64,000 bases of DNA. Source: Eledone cirrhosa (lineage: Eukaryota). Both the position numbers and the translations under genes were made by a program. Under the pieces are notes generated by a model. That model was not told the DNA's origin. It saw only the letters and a program-made list of their open reading frames with translations, and ran no database searches. The stretch spans positions 368,776,001-368,840,000 of the forward strand of contig OZ024742.1 in NCBI GenBank assembly GCA_964016885.1. Direction: 5' to 3'. The number at the start of each line of letters is the position of its first letter. Positions within the stretch are counted from its first letter, which is position 1. This document shows positions 1-12,400 of the stretch, in pieces.

Positions 1-63
1 TCCTGTCCCACCCTTGCAAGCAGGGAGATGTGGACGTAAAATGATGTTGATGATGATGATGAT
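1..63 (+). mobile_element. 3' end of a SINE-like retroposon with (GAT)n tail, cut by the window start; followed by a short (TA)n run to ~78
   Basis: CCCTTGCAAGCAGGGAGATGTGGACGTAAAATGATGTTGATGATGATGATGAT aligns by eye with the 3' ends at 1262-1319, 3355-3412 and 62556-62609 (CCCATGCTAGC...GGACGTAAAA...GATGATGAT). Confidence 0.75.
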
Positions 64-78
64 ATATATACATATATA

Positions 79-215
79 AACCAGGATCGATTCATTTTGA
101 AACTGGTTAAACCGTTATTCACCAGAGTAATCGATATATAGCAGAGTATGGCTATATTATAAAGAGTCAGGACCTGACGGCTGAGCTGTTGCTGTTTCAA
201 CAGCTATTTCCAGAC
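79..215. repeat. Dispersed repeat fragment homologous to 62630-62760 (unclassified family)
   Basis: ACCGTTATTCACCAGAGTAATCGATA vs ACCATAACCCACCAAAGTACTTGATA; AAAGAGTCAGGACCTGACGGCTGAGCT vs AAAGATTCAGGACCCTGACGGCTGAGCT; both are then followed by ACAGCTA. Same order and orientation. Confidence 0.7.
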
Positions 216-369
216 TGATTGCCGAAGTATTTAGCAGTTTACTGGCTGTATCAGGAGAGTAGTTTGTCCAAATAAGGGCATACATTATTTATGCAATTGT
301 AAATTCTCTTCATATAACTTTATTATTATTATTATTTGGTGTGATTTAGTAATATTGCTATTAATAAAT

Positions 370-574
370 GGGTTGGCTGTAATCGGTAGAGCGTCAGACA
401 ACATGGTTTGTGGCATAGAATTATGTCCCTTTATATTGTGTTCAAATCCTGCTGAAGTTAGATTTGCATTTCATCGTTAATAAAATAATGTACCAGTAAT
501 GCACTGAGTCAATTTAATCGACTTTCCCTGCCCCAAAAGCTGCTTGCCTTGTGCCTAAACCAAAAACAATTATT
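370..574 (+). mobile_element. Decayed tRNA-derived SINE (second family, (ATT)n tail), near full length
   Basis: Pol III A-box-like TGGCTGTAATCGG (374-386) and B-box GTTCAAATCC (440-449). The body (GTACCAGTAATGCACTGAG...GCCTTGTGCC) is shared with the copies at 575-684 and 803-887. Ends in AATTATT. Confidence 0.7.
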
Positions 575-684
575 GCCGAGGTTAACTTTGCTTTTCATCC
601 TTTCGGGGTCGATAAAATAGAGTACCAGTAATGCCCTGAGTAATTACTGGCCTTGTGCCAAATGTAAAAATTATTATTATTATT
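575..684 (+). mobile_element. 5'-truncated, internally deleted copy of the same (ATT)n-tailed SINE, abutting the previous copy's tail
   Basis: GCCGAGGTTAACTTTGCTTTTCATC...TAAAATAGAGTACCAGTAATGCCCTGAG...GGCCTTGTGCC followed by (ATT)5; aligns with 451-574. Confidence 0.7.
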
Positions 685-802
685 TTTACCATTATTCCAA
701 GTGTACTTAGTTCTCAGACTAGTGATATTTTATCTCCCAACCAAGTCAAATGACTTCAGATTGAAAACACTTTGCACAGAATGTTCAAAGTTCCCAACAA
801 CG

Positions 803-887
803 CACCAGTAATGTACTGGGGTCAATTTAATTGAATTTCCCCTCAACCAGAATTATTGCCCTAGTGCCTAGATCAGTAACTATTATT
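803..887 (+). mobile_element. 3' fragment of the same (ATT)n-tailed SINE
   Basis: ACCAGTAATGTACTGGGGTCAATTTAATTGAATTTCCC...GCCCTAGTGCCTA...TATTATT aligns with ACCAGTAATGCACTGAGTCAATTTAATCGACTTTCCC...GCCTTGTGCCTA at 492-574. Confidence 0.65.
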
Positions 888-1099
888 AAGAGGGTATTTG
901 AATTTAACTAAAAGATCTAATGAAAGACACTGTCTATGTCGTTAACCCTTTCATTACCATATTTCTAATGAAAGGCACTGTCTATGTCATTAACCCTTTC
1001 ATTATCATATTTCTAATGAAAGACACTGTCTATGTCATTAACCCTTTCATTATCATATTTCTAATGAAAGACACGGTCTATGTCATTAACTCTTTCATT

Positions 1100-1319
1100 G
1101 TAGAGTGGACGTGTAGGCGCCACGAAAAAGCACCCAGCACTCACTGTAAATGAGGTTGGTGTTAGGAAGGGCATCCAGCTGTAGAAATCAAGCCAAATCA
1201 GCTCCTGTATGAGCAAGGCAAGGTCAACCGACCAGACACTGCCCACAACAGGACAACCCGTCTAACCCATGCTAGCGGGGAAGAATGGACGTAAAACGGT
1301 GATGATGATGATAATGATA
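1100..1319 (+). mobile_element. 220-bp (GAT)n-tailed SINE-like insertion (probably 5'-truncated) inside a satellite monomer, copy 1
   Basis: GC-richer sequence GTAGAGTGG...AGGAAGGGCATCCAGCTGTAGAAA...CCCATGCTAGC...GGACGTAAAACGGTGATGATGATGATAATGATA splits ...CTTTCATT|ACCAT. ATT is present on both sides (1097-1099 and 1320-1322). The 3' end matches 1-63 and 62556-62609. Confidence 0.85.
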
Positions 1320-3192
1320 ATTACCATATTTCGAATAAAAGACACTGTTTATGTCATTAACAATTTCAATACCATATTTCTAATGAAAGACACTGTCTAT
1401 GTCATTAACCCTTTCATCACCATATTTCTAATGGAAGACACTGTTTATGTCATTAACCCTTTCATTACCATATTTCGAATGAAAGACACTGTTTGTCATT
1501 AACCCTTTCATTACCATATTTCTAATGAAAGACACTGTCTATGCCATTAACCCATTCATTACCATATTTCTAATGAAAGACACTGTCTATGCCATTAACC
1601 CATTCATTACCATATTTCTAATGAAAGACACTTTTTATGTCATTAACCCTTTGATTAGCATATTTCTAATGAAAGTAACTGTCTATGTCATTAACCCTTT
1701 CATTACCATATTTCTAATGAAAGACACTATATCATTAACCCTTTCATTGCCATATTTCTAATGAAAGACACTGTCTATGTCATTAACCCTTTCATTACCA
1801 TATTTCTAATGAAAGACACTATGTCATTAACCCTTTCATTAGCATATTTCTAATGAAAGACACTGTTTATGTCATTAACCCTTTCATTACCATATTTCTA
1901 ATGAAAGACACTGTTTATGTCATTAACCCTTTCATTACCATATTTCTAATGAAAGACACTGTTTATGTCATTAACCCTTTCATTACCATATTTCTAATGA
2001 AAGACACCGTTTATGTCATTAACCCTTTCATTACCATATTTCTAATGAAAGACACTGTTTATGTCATTAACTCTTTCATTACCATATTTCTAATCAAAGA
2101 CACTGTCTATATTAACCCTTTCATTACCATATTTCTAATGAAAGACACTGTCTATATTAACCCTTTCATTACCATATTTCTAATGAAAGACACTGTTTAT
2201 GTCATTAACCCTTTCATTACCATATTTCAAATGAAAGACACTGACTATATCATTAACCTTTTCATTACCATATTTCTAATGAAGACACTGTCTAACCCTT
2301 TCATTACCATATTTCTAATGAAAGACACTGTCTAACCCTTTCATTACCATATTTCTAATGAAAGACACTGTTTATGTCATTAACCCTTTCATTAGCATAT
2401 TTCTAATGAAATACACTGTCTATGTCATTAACCCTTTCATTACCATATTTCTAATGAAAGACACTGTCTATGTCATTAACCCTTTCATTACCATATTTCT
2501 AATGAAAGACACTGTCTATGTCATTAACCCTTTCAGTACCATATTTCGAATGAAAGACACTGTCTATGTCATTAACCCTTTCATTACCATATTTCTAAAG
2601 AAAAACACTGTCTATGTCATTAACCCTTTCATTACCATATTTCTAATGAAAGACACTGTCTATGTCATTAACCCTTTCATTACCATATTTCTAATGAAAG
2701 ACGCTGTCTATGTCATTAACCCTTTCATTACCATATTTCTAATGAAAGACACTGTTTATATCATTAACCCTTTCATTAGCATATTTCTAATGAAAGACAC
2801 TGTTTATGTCATTAACCCTTTCATTAGCATATTTCTAATGAAAGACACTGTTTATGTCATTAACCCTTTCATTACCATATTACTAATGAAAGAGACTGTT
2901 TATGTCATTAACCCTTTCATTACAATATTTCTAATGAAAGACACTGTCTAACCTTTCATTACCATATTTCTAATGAAAGACACTGTCTAACCCTTTCATT
3001 ACAATATTTTTAATGAAAGACACTGTCTATGTCATTAACCCTTTCATTACCATATTTCTAATGAAAGACACTGGCTATGTCATTAACCCTTTCATTACCA
3101 TATTTCTAATGAAAGACACTGTCTATGTCATTAACCCTTTCATTATCATATTTCAAATGAAAGACACGGTCTATGTCATTAACTCTTTCATT

Positions 3193-3412
3193 GTAGAGTG
3201 GACGTGTAGGCGCCACGAAAAAGCACCCAGCACTCACTGTAAATGAGGTTGGTGTTAGGAAGGGCATCCAGCTGTAGAAATCAAGCCAAATCAGTTCCTG
3301 TATGAGCAAGGCATGGTCAACTGACCAGACACTGCCCACAACAGGACAACCCGTCTAACCCATGCTAGCGTGGAAGAATGGACGTAAAACGGTGATGATG
3401 ATGATAATGATG
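3193..3412 (+). mobile_element. Same 220-bp SINE-like insertion, copy 2 (duplicated together with its satellite flanks)
   Basis: Identical length and junctions, 2093 bp downstream of copy 1; 5 substitutions counted by eye. Confidence 0.85.
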
Positions 3413-6400
3413 ATTACCATATTTCGAATGAAAGACACTGTTTATGTCATTAACAATTTCAATACCATATTTCTAATGAAAGACACTGTCTATGTCATTA
3501 ACCCTTTCATCACCATATTTCTAATGGAAGACACTGTTTATGTCATTAACCCTTTCATTACCATATTTCTAATGAAAGACACTGTTTATGTCATTAACCC
3601 TTTCATTACCATATTTCTAATGAAAGACACTGTGTATGTCATTAACCCTTTCATCACCATATTTCTAATGGAAGACACTGTTTATGTCATTAACCCTTTC
3701 ATTACCATATTTCTAATGAAAGACACTGTTTATGTCATTAACCCTTTCATTACCATATTTCTAATGAAAGACACTGTTTATGTCATTAACCCTTTCATTA
3801 CCATATTTCTAATGAAAGACACTGTGTATGTCATTAACCCTTTCATCACCATATTTCTAATGGAAGACACTGTTTATGTCATTAACCCTTTCATTACCAA
3901 ATTTCGAATGAAAGACACTGTTTGTCATTAACCCTTTCATTACCATATTTCTAATGAAAGACACTGTCTATGCCATTAACCCTTTCATTACCATATTTCT
4001 AATGAAAGACACTGTTTATGTCATTAACCCTTTCATTACCATATTTCTAATGAAAGACACTGTTTACGTCATTAACCATTTCATTACCATATTTCTAACG
4101 GAAAGACACTGTGTATGTCATTAACCCTTTCATTACCATATTTCTAATGAAAGACACTGTTTAAGTCATTAACCCTTTCATTACCATATTTCTAATGAAA
4201 GACACTGTTTATGTCATTAACCCTTTCATTAGCATATTTCTAATGAAAGACACTGTCTATGTCATTAACCCTTTCATTACCATATTTCTAATGAAAGACA
4301 CTGTTTATATCATTAACCCTTTCATTACCATATTTCTAATGAAAGACACTGTCTATGTCATTAACCCTTTCATTACAATATTTCAAATGAAAGACACTGT
4401 CTATGTCATTAACCCTTTCGTTACCATATTTCTAATGAAAGACACTGTCTATGTCATTAACCCTTTTATTACCATATTTCTAATGAAAGACACTGTCTAT
4501 GTCATTAACCCTTTCATTACCATATTTCTACTGAAAGACACTGTCTAACCCTTTCATTACCGTATTTCTAATGAAAGACACTGTCGAACCCTTTCATTAC
4601 AATATTATTAATGAAAGACACCGTCAATGTCATTAACCCTTTCATTACCATATTTCTAATGAAAGACACTGTTTATATCATTAACCCTTTCATTACCATA
4701 TTTCTAATGAAAGACACTGTCTATGTCATTAACCCTTTGATTACCATATTTCTAATGAAAGACACTGTCTATGTCATTAACCCTTTGATTACCATATTTC
4801 TAATGAAAGACACTGTGTATGTCATTAACCCTTTCATTACCATATTTCTAATGAAAGACACTATGTCATTAACCCTTTCATTACCATATTTCTAATGAAA
4901 GACACTGTTTATGTCATTAACCCTTTCATTACCATATTTCTAATGAAAGACACTGTCTATGTCATTAACCTTTTCATTACCATATTTCGAATGAAAGACA
5001 CTGTCTATGTCATTAACCTTTTCATTACCATATTTCTAATGAAAGACACTATATCTTTAACCCTTTCATTGCCATATTTCTAATGAAAGACACTGTTTAT
5101 TTCATTAACTCTTTCATTACCATATTTCTAATGAAAGACACTGTTTATGTCATTAACCCTTTCATTACCATATTTCTAATGAAAGACACTGTTTATGTCA
5201 TTAACCCTTTCATTACCATATTTTTAATGAAAGACACTGTCTATATTAACCCTTTCATTACCATATTTCTAATGAAAGACACTGTCTAACCCTTTCATTA
5301 CCATATTTCTAATGAAAGACACTGTCTATGTCATTAACCTTTTCATTACCATATTTCTAATGAAAGACACTGTTTATATCATTAACCCTTTCATTACCAT
5401 AATTCTAATGAAAGACACTGTCTATGTCATTAACCCTTTCATTACCATATTTCTAATGAAAGACACTATGTCATTAACACTTTCATTACCATATTTCCAA
5501 TGAAAGACACTGTTTATGTCATTAACCCTTTCATTACCATATTTCTAATGAAAGACACTATGTCATTAACCCTTTCATTACCATATTTCTAATGAAAGAC
5601 ACTGTTTATGTCATTAACCCATTCATTACCATATTTCTAATGAAAGACACTGTTTATGTCATTAACCCTTTCATTACCATATTTCTAATGAAAGACATTG
5701 TTTATGTCATTAACCCTTTCATTACCATATTTCTAATGAAAGACACTGTTTATGTCATTAACCCTTTCATTACCATATTTCTAATGAAAGACACTGTCTA
5801 TATTAACCCTTTCATTACCATATTTCTAATGAAAGACACTGTCTATATTAACCCTTTCATTACCATATTTCTAATGAAAGACTCTGTTTATGTCATTAAC
5901 CCTTCCATTACCATATTTCAAATGAAAGACACTGACTATATCATTAACCCTTTCATTACCATATTTCTAATGAAAGACACTGTCTAACCCTTTCATTACC
6001 ATATTTCTAATGAAAGACACTGTTTATGTCATTAACCCTTTCATTACCATATTTCTAATGAAAGACACTGTCTAACCCTTTCATTACCATATTTCTAATG
6101 AAAGACACTTTATATCATTAACCCTTTCATTACAATATTTCTAATGAAAGACACTGTCTAACCCTTTCATTACCATATTTCTAATGAAAGTCACTGTCTA
6201 ACCCTTTCATTACCATATTTCTAATGAAAGACACTGTCTATGTCATTAACCCTTTCATTACCATATTTCTAATGAAAGACACTGTCTATGTCATTAACCC
6301 TTTCATTACCATATTTCTAATGAAAGACACTGTCTATGTCATTAACCCTTTCATTACCATATTTCTAATGAAAGACACTGTCTATGTCATTAACACTTTC

Positions 6401-9400
6401 ATTACCATATTTCAAATGAAAGACACTGTCTATGTCATTAACCCTTTCATTACCATATTTCTAATGAAAGACGCTGTCTATGTCATTAACCCTTTCATTA
6501 CTATATTTCTAATGAAAGACACTGTCTATGTCATTAACCCTTTCATTACCATATTTCTAATGAAAGACACTGTCTATGTCATTAACCCTTACATTACCAT
6601 ATTTCTAATGAAAGACACTGTTTATATCATTAACCCTTTCATTACAATATTTCTAATGAAAGACACTGTCTAACCCTGTCATTACCATATTTCTAATGAA
6701 AGACACTGTCTAACCCTTTCATTACAATATTTTTAATGAAAGACACTGTTTATGTCATTAACCCTTTCATTACCATATTTCTAATGAAAGACACTGTCTT
6801 TGTGATTAACCCTTTCATTACCATATTTCTAATGAAAGACACTGTCAATGTCATTAACCCTTTCATTACCATATTTCTAATGAAAGACACTGTTTATATC
6901 ATTAACCCTTTGATTACCATATTTCTAATGAAAGACACTGTCTATGTCATTAACCCTTTCATTACCATATTTCTAATGAAAGACACTGTCTATGTCATTA
7001 ACACTTTCATTACCATATTTCAAATGAAAGACACTGTCTATGTCATTAACCCTTTCATTACTATATTTCTAATGAAAGACACTGTCTATGTCATTAACCC
7101 TTTCATTACCATATTTCTAATGAAAGACACTATGTCATTAACACTTTCATTACCATATTTCTAATGAAAGACACTGTTTATGTCATTAACCCTTTCATTA
7201 CCATATTTCTAATGAAAGACACTATGTCATTAACCCTTTCATTACCATATTTCTAATGAAAGACACTGTTTATGTCATTAACCCTTTCATTACCATATTT
7301 CTAATGAAAGACACTGTTTATGTCATTAACCCTTTCATTACCATATTTCTAATGAAAGACACTGTTTATGTCATTAACCCTTTCATTAACATATTTCTAA
7401 TGAAAGACACTGTCTATATTAACCCTTTCATTACCATATTTCTAATGAAAGACACTGTCTATATTAACCCTTTCATTACCATATTTCTAATGAAAGACAC
7501 TGTTTATGTCATTAACCCTTTCATTAGCATATTTCTAATGAAATACACTGTCTATGTCATTAACCCTTTCATTACCATATTTCTAATGAAAGACACTGTC
7601 TATGTCATTAACCCTTTCATTACCATATTTCTAATGAAAGACACTGTTTATATCATTAACCCTTACATTACCATATTTCTAATGAAAGACACTGTTTATA
7701 TCATTAACCCTTTCATTACAATATTTCTAATGAAAGACACTGTCTAACCCTTTCATTACCGTATTTCTAATGAAAGACACTGTCTAACCCTTTCATTACA
7801 ATATTTTTAATGAAAGACACTGTTTATATCATTAACCCTTTGATTACCATATTTCTAATGAAAGACACTGTCTTTGTGATTAACCCTTTCATTGCCATAT
7901 TTCTAATGAAAGACACCGTCAATGTCATTAACCCTTTCATTACCATATTTCTAATGAAAGACACTGTTTATATCATTAACCCTTTGATTACCATATTTCT
8001 AATGAAAGACACTGTCTATGTCATTAACCCTTTGATTACCATATTTCTAATGAAAGACACTATATCATTAACCCTTTCATTGGCATATTTCTAATGAAAG
8101 ACACTGTCTATGTCATTAACCCTTTCATTACCATATTTCTAATGAAAGACACTGTTTATGTCATTAACCCTTTCATTACCATATTTCTAATGAAAGACAC
8201 TGTTTATGTCATTAACCCTTTCATTACCATATTTCTAATGAAAGACACTGTGTATGTCATTAACCCTTTCATCACCATATTTCTAATGGAAGACACTGTT
8301 TATGTCATTAACCCTTTCATTACCATATTTCGAATGAAAGACACTGTTTGTCATTAACCCTTTCATTACCATATTTCTAATGAAAGACACTGTCTATGCC
8401 ATTAACCCTTTCATTACCATATTTCTAATGAAAGACACTGTTTATGTCATTAACCCTTTCATTACCATATTTCTAATGAAAGACACTGTTTACGTCATTA
8501 ACCATTTCATTACCATATTTCTAATGAAAGACACTGTGTATGTCATTAACCCTTTCATTACCATATTTCTAATGAAAGACACTGTTTAAGTCATTAACCC
8601 TTTCATTACCATATTTCTAATGAAAGACACTGTTTATGTCATTAACCCTTTCATTAGCATATTTCTAATGAAAGACACTGTCTTTGTCATTAACCCTTTC
8701 ATTACCATATTTCTAATGAAAGACACTGTCTATGTCATTAACCCTTTCATTACCATATTTCTAATGAAAGACACTGTTTATATCATTAACCCTTTCATTA
8801 CCATATTTCTAATGAAAGACACTGTCTATGTCATTAACCCTTTCATTACAATATTTCAAATGAAAGACACTGTCTATGTCATTAACCCTTTCGTTACCAT
8901 ATTTCTAATGAAAGACACTGTCTATGTCATTAACCCTTTTATTACCATATTTCTAATGAAAGACACTGTCTATGTCATTAACCCTTTCATTACCATATTT
9001 CTACTGAAAGACACTGTCTAACCCTTTCATTACCGTATTTCTAATGAAAGACACTGTCGAACCCTTTCATTACAATATTATTAATGAAAGACACCGTCAA
9101 TGTCATTAACCCTTTCATTACCATATTTCTAATGAAAGACACTGTTTATATCATTAACCCTTTCATTACCATATTTCTAATGAAAGACACTGTCTATGTC
9201 ATTAACCCTTTGATTACCATATTTCTAATGAAAGACACTGTCTATGTCATTAACCCTTTCATTACCATATTTCTAATGAAAGACACTGTGTATGTCATTA
9301 ACCCTTTCATTACCATATTTCTAATGAAAGACACTGTTTATGTCATTAACCCTTTCATTACCATATTTCTAATGAAAGACACTATGTCATTAACCCTTTC

Positions 9401-12400
9401 ATTACCATATTTCTAATGAAAGACACTGTTTATGTCATTAACCCTTTCATTACCATATTTCTAATGAAAGACACTGTCTATGTCATTAACCTTTTCATTA
9501 CCATATTTCGAATGAAAGACACTGTCTATGTCATTAACCTTTTCATTACCATATTTCTAATGAAAGACACTATATCTTTAACCCTTTCATTGCCATATTT
9601 CTAATGAAAGACACTGTTTATTTCATTAACTCTTTCATTACCATATTTCTAATGAAAGACACTGTTTATGTCATTAACCCTTTCATTACCATATTTCTAA
9701 TGAAAGACACTGTTTATGTCATTAACCCTTTCATTACCATATTTTTAATGAAAGACACTGTCTATATTAACCCTTTCATTACCATATTTCTAATGAAAGA
9801 CACTGTCTAACCCTTTCATTACCATATTTCTAATGAAAGACACTGTCTATGTCATTAACCTTTTCATTACCATATTTCTAATGAAAGACACTGTTTATAT
9901 CATTAACCCTTTCATTACCATAATTCTAATGAAAGACACTGTCTATGTCATTAACCCTTTCATTACCATATTTCTAATGAAAGACACTATGTCATTAACA
10001 CTTTCATTACCATATTTCCAATGAAAGACACTGTTTATGTCATTAACCCTTTCATTACCATATTTCTAATGAAAGACACTATGTCATTAACCCTTTCATT
10101 ACCATATTTCTAATGAAAGACACTGTTTATGTCATTAACCCATTCATTACCATATTTCTAATGAAAGACACTGTTTATGTCATTAACCCTTTCATTACCA
10201 TATTTCTAATGAAAGACATTGTTTATGTCATTAACCCTTTCATTACCATATTTCTAATGAAAGACACTGTTTATGTCATTAACCCTTTCATTACCATATT
10301 TCTAATGAAAGACACTGTCTATATTAACCCTTTCATTACCATATTTCTAATGAAAGACACTGTCTATATTAACCCTTTCATTACCATATTTCTAATGAAA
10401 GACTCTGTTTATGTCATTAACCCTTCCATTACCATATTTCAAATGAAAGACACTGACTATATCATTAACCCTTTCATTACCATATTTCTAATGAAAGACA
10501 CTGTCTAACCCTTTCATTACCATATTTCTAATGAAAGACACTGTTTATGTCATTAACCCTTTCATTACCATATTTCTAATGAAAGACACTGTCTAACCCT
10601 TTCATTACCATATTTCTAATGAAAGACACTTTATATCATTAACCCTTTCATTACAATATTTCTAATGAAAGACACTGTCTAACCCTTTCATTACCATATT
10701 TCTAATGAAAGTCACTGTCTAACCCTTTCATTACCATATTTCTAATGAAAGACACTGTCTATGTCATTAACCCTTTCATTACCATATTTCTAATGAAAGA
10801 CACTGTCTATGTCATTAACCCTTTCATTACCATATTTCTAATGAAAGACACTGTCTATGTCATTAACCCTTTCATTACCATATTTCTAATGAAAGACACT
10901 GTCTATGTCATTAACACTTTCATTACCATATTTCAAATGAAAGACACTGTCTATGTCATTAACCCTTTCATTACCATATTTCTAATGAAAGACGCTGTCT
11001 ATGTCATTAACCCTTTCATTACTATATTTCTAATGAAAGACACTGTCTATGTCATTAACCCTTTCATTACCATATTTCTAATGAAAGACACTGTCTATGT
11101 CATTAACCCTTACATTACCATATTTCTAATGAAAGACACTGTTTATATCATTAACCCTTTCATTACAATATTTCTAATGAAAGACACTGTCTAACCCTGT
11201 CATTACCATATTTCTAATGAAAGACACTGTCTAACCCTTTCATTACAATATTTTTAATGAAAGACACTGTTTATGTCATTAACCCTTTCATTACCATATT
11301 TCTAATGAAAGACACTGTCTTTGTGATTAACCCTTTCATTACCATATTTCTAATGAAAGACACTGTCAATGTCATTAACCCTTTCATTACCATATTTCTA
11401 ATGAAAGACACTGTTTATATCATTAACCCTTTGATTACCATATTTCTAATGAAAGACACTGTCTATGTCATTAACCCTTTCATTACCATATTTCTAATGA
11501 AAGACACTGTCTATGTCATTAACACTTTCATTACCATATTTCAAATGAAAGACACTGTCTATGTCATTAACCCTTTCATTACCATATTTCTAATGAAAGA
11601 CGCTGTCTATGTCATTAACCCTTTCATTACTATATTTCTAATGAAAGACACTGTCTATGTCATTAACCCTTTCATTACCATATTTCTAATGAAAGACACT
11701 ATGTCATTAACACTTTCATTACCATATTTCTAATGAAAGACACTGTTTATGTCATTAACCCTTTCATTACCATATTTCTAATGAAAGACACTATGTCATT
11801 AACCCTTTCATTACCATATTTCTAATGAAAGACACTGTTTATGTCATTAACCCTTTCATTACCATATTTCTAATGAAAGACACTGTTTATGTCATTAACC
11901 CTTTCATTACCATATTTCTAATGAAAGACACTGTTTATGTCATTAACCCTTTCATTAACATATTTCTAATGAAAGACACTGTCTATATTAACCCTTTCAT
12001 TACCATATTTCTAATGAAAGACACTGTCTATATTAACCCTTTCATTACCATATTTCTAATGAAAGACACTGTTTATGTCATTAACCCTTTCATTAGCATA
12101 TTTCTAATGAAATACACTGTCTATGTCATTAACCCTTTCATTACCATATTTCTAATGAAAGACACTGTCTATGTCATTAACCCTTTCATTACCATATTTC
12201 TAATGAAAGACTGTTTATATCATTAACCCTTACATTACCATATTTCTAATGAAAGACACTGTTTATATCATTAACCCTTTCATTACAATATTTCTAATGA
12301 AAGACACTGTCTAACCCTTTCATTACCGTATTTCTAATGAAAGACACTGTCTAACCCTTTCATTACAATATTTTTAATGAAAGACACTGTTTATATCATT

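Noticed and set aside
160-230. Hammerhead ribozyme (Penelope/retrozyme type) suggested by CTGA and minus-strand GAAAC motifs
   Set aside because: No intact CTGANGA core in the right position on either strand, stem III and the cleavage triplet cannot be built, and the 62.7-kb homologue lacks GAAAC.
374-449. tRNA gene
   Set aside because: A/B-box-like motifs are present but I could not fold a cloverleaf, and the sequence continues into a body repeated nearby, as expected for a SINE head.
1061-1502. ORFs crossing the SINE (1061-1246 minus, 1269-1502 plus; equivalents at 3106-3339 and 3362-3931)
   Set aside because: Short chance frames through a retroposon and its (GAT)n tail, with no recognisable protein motif.
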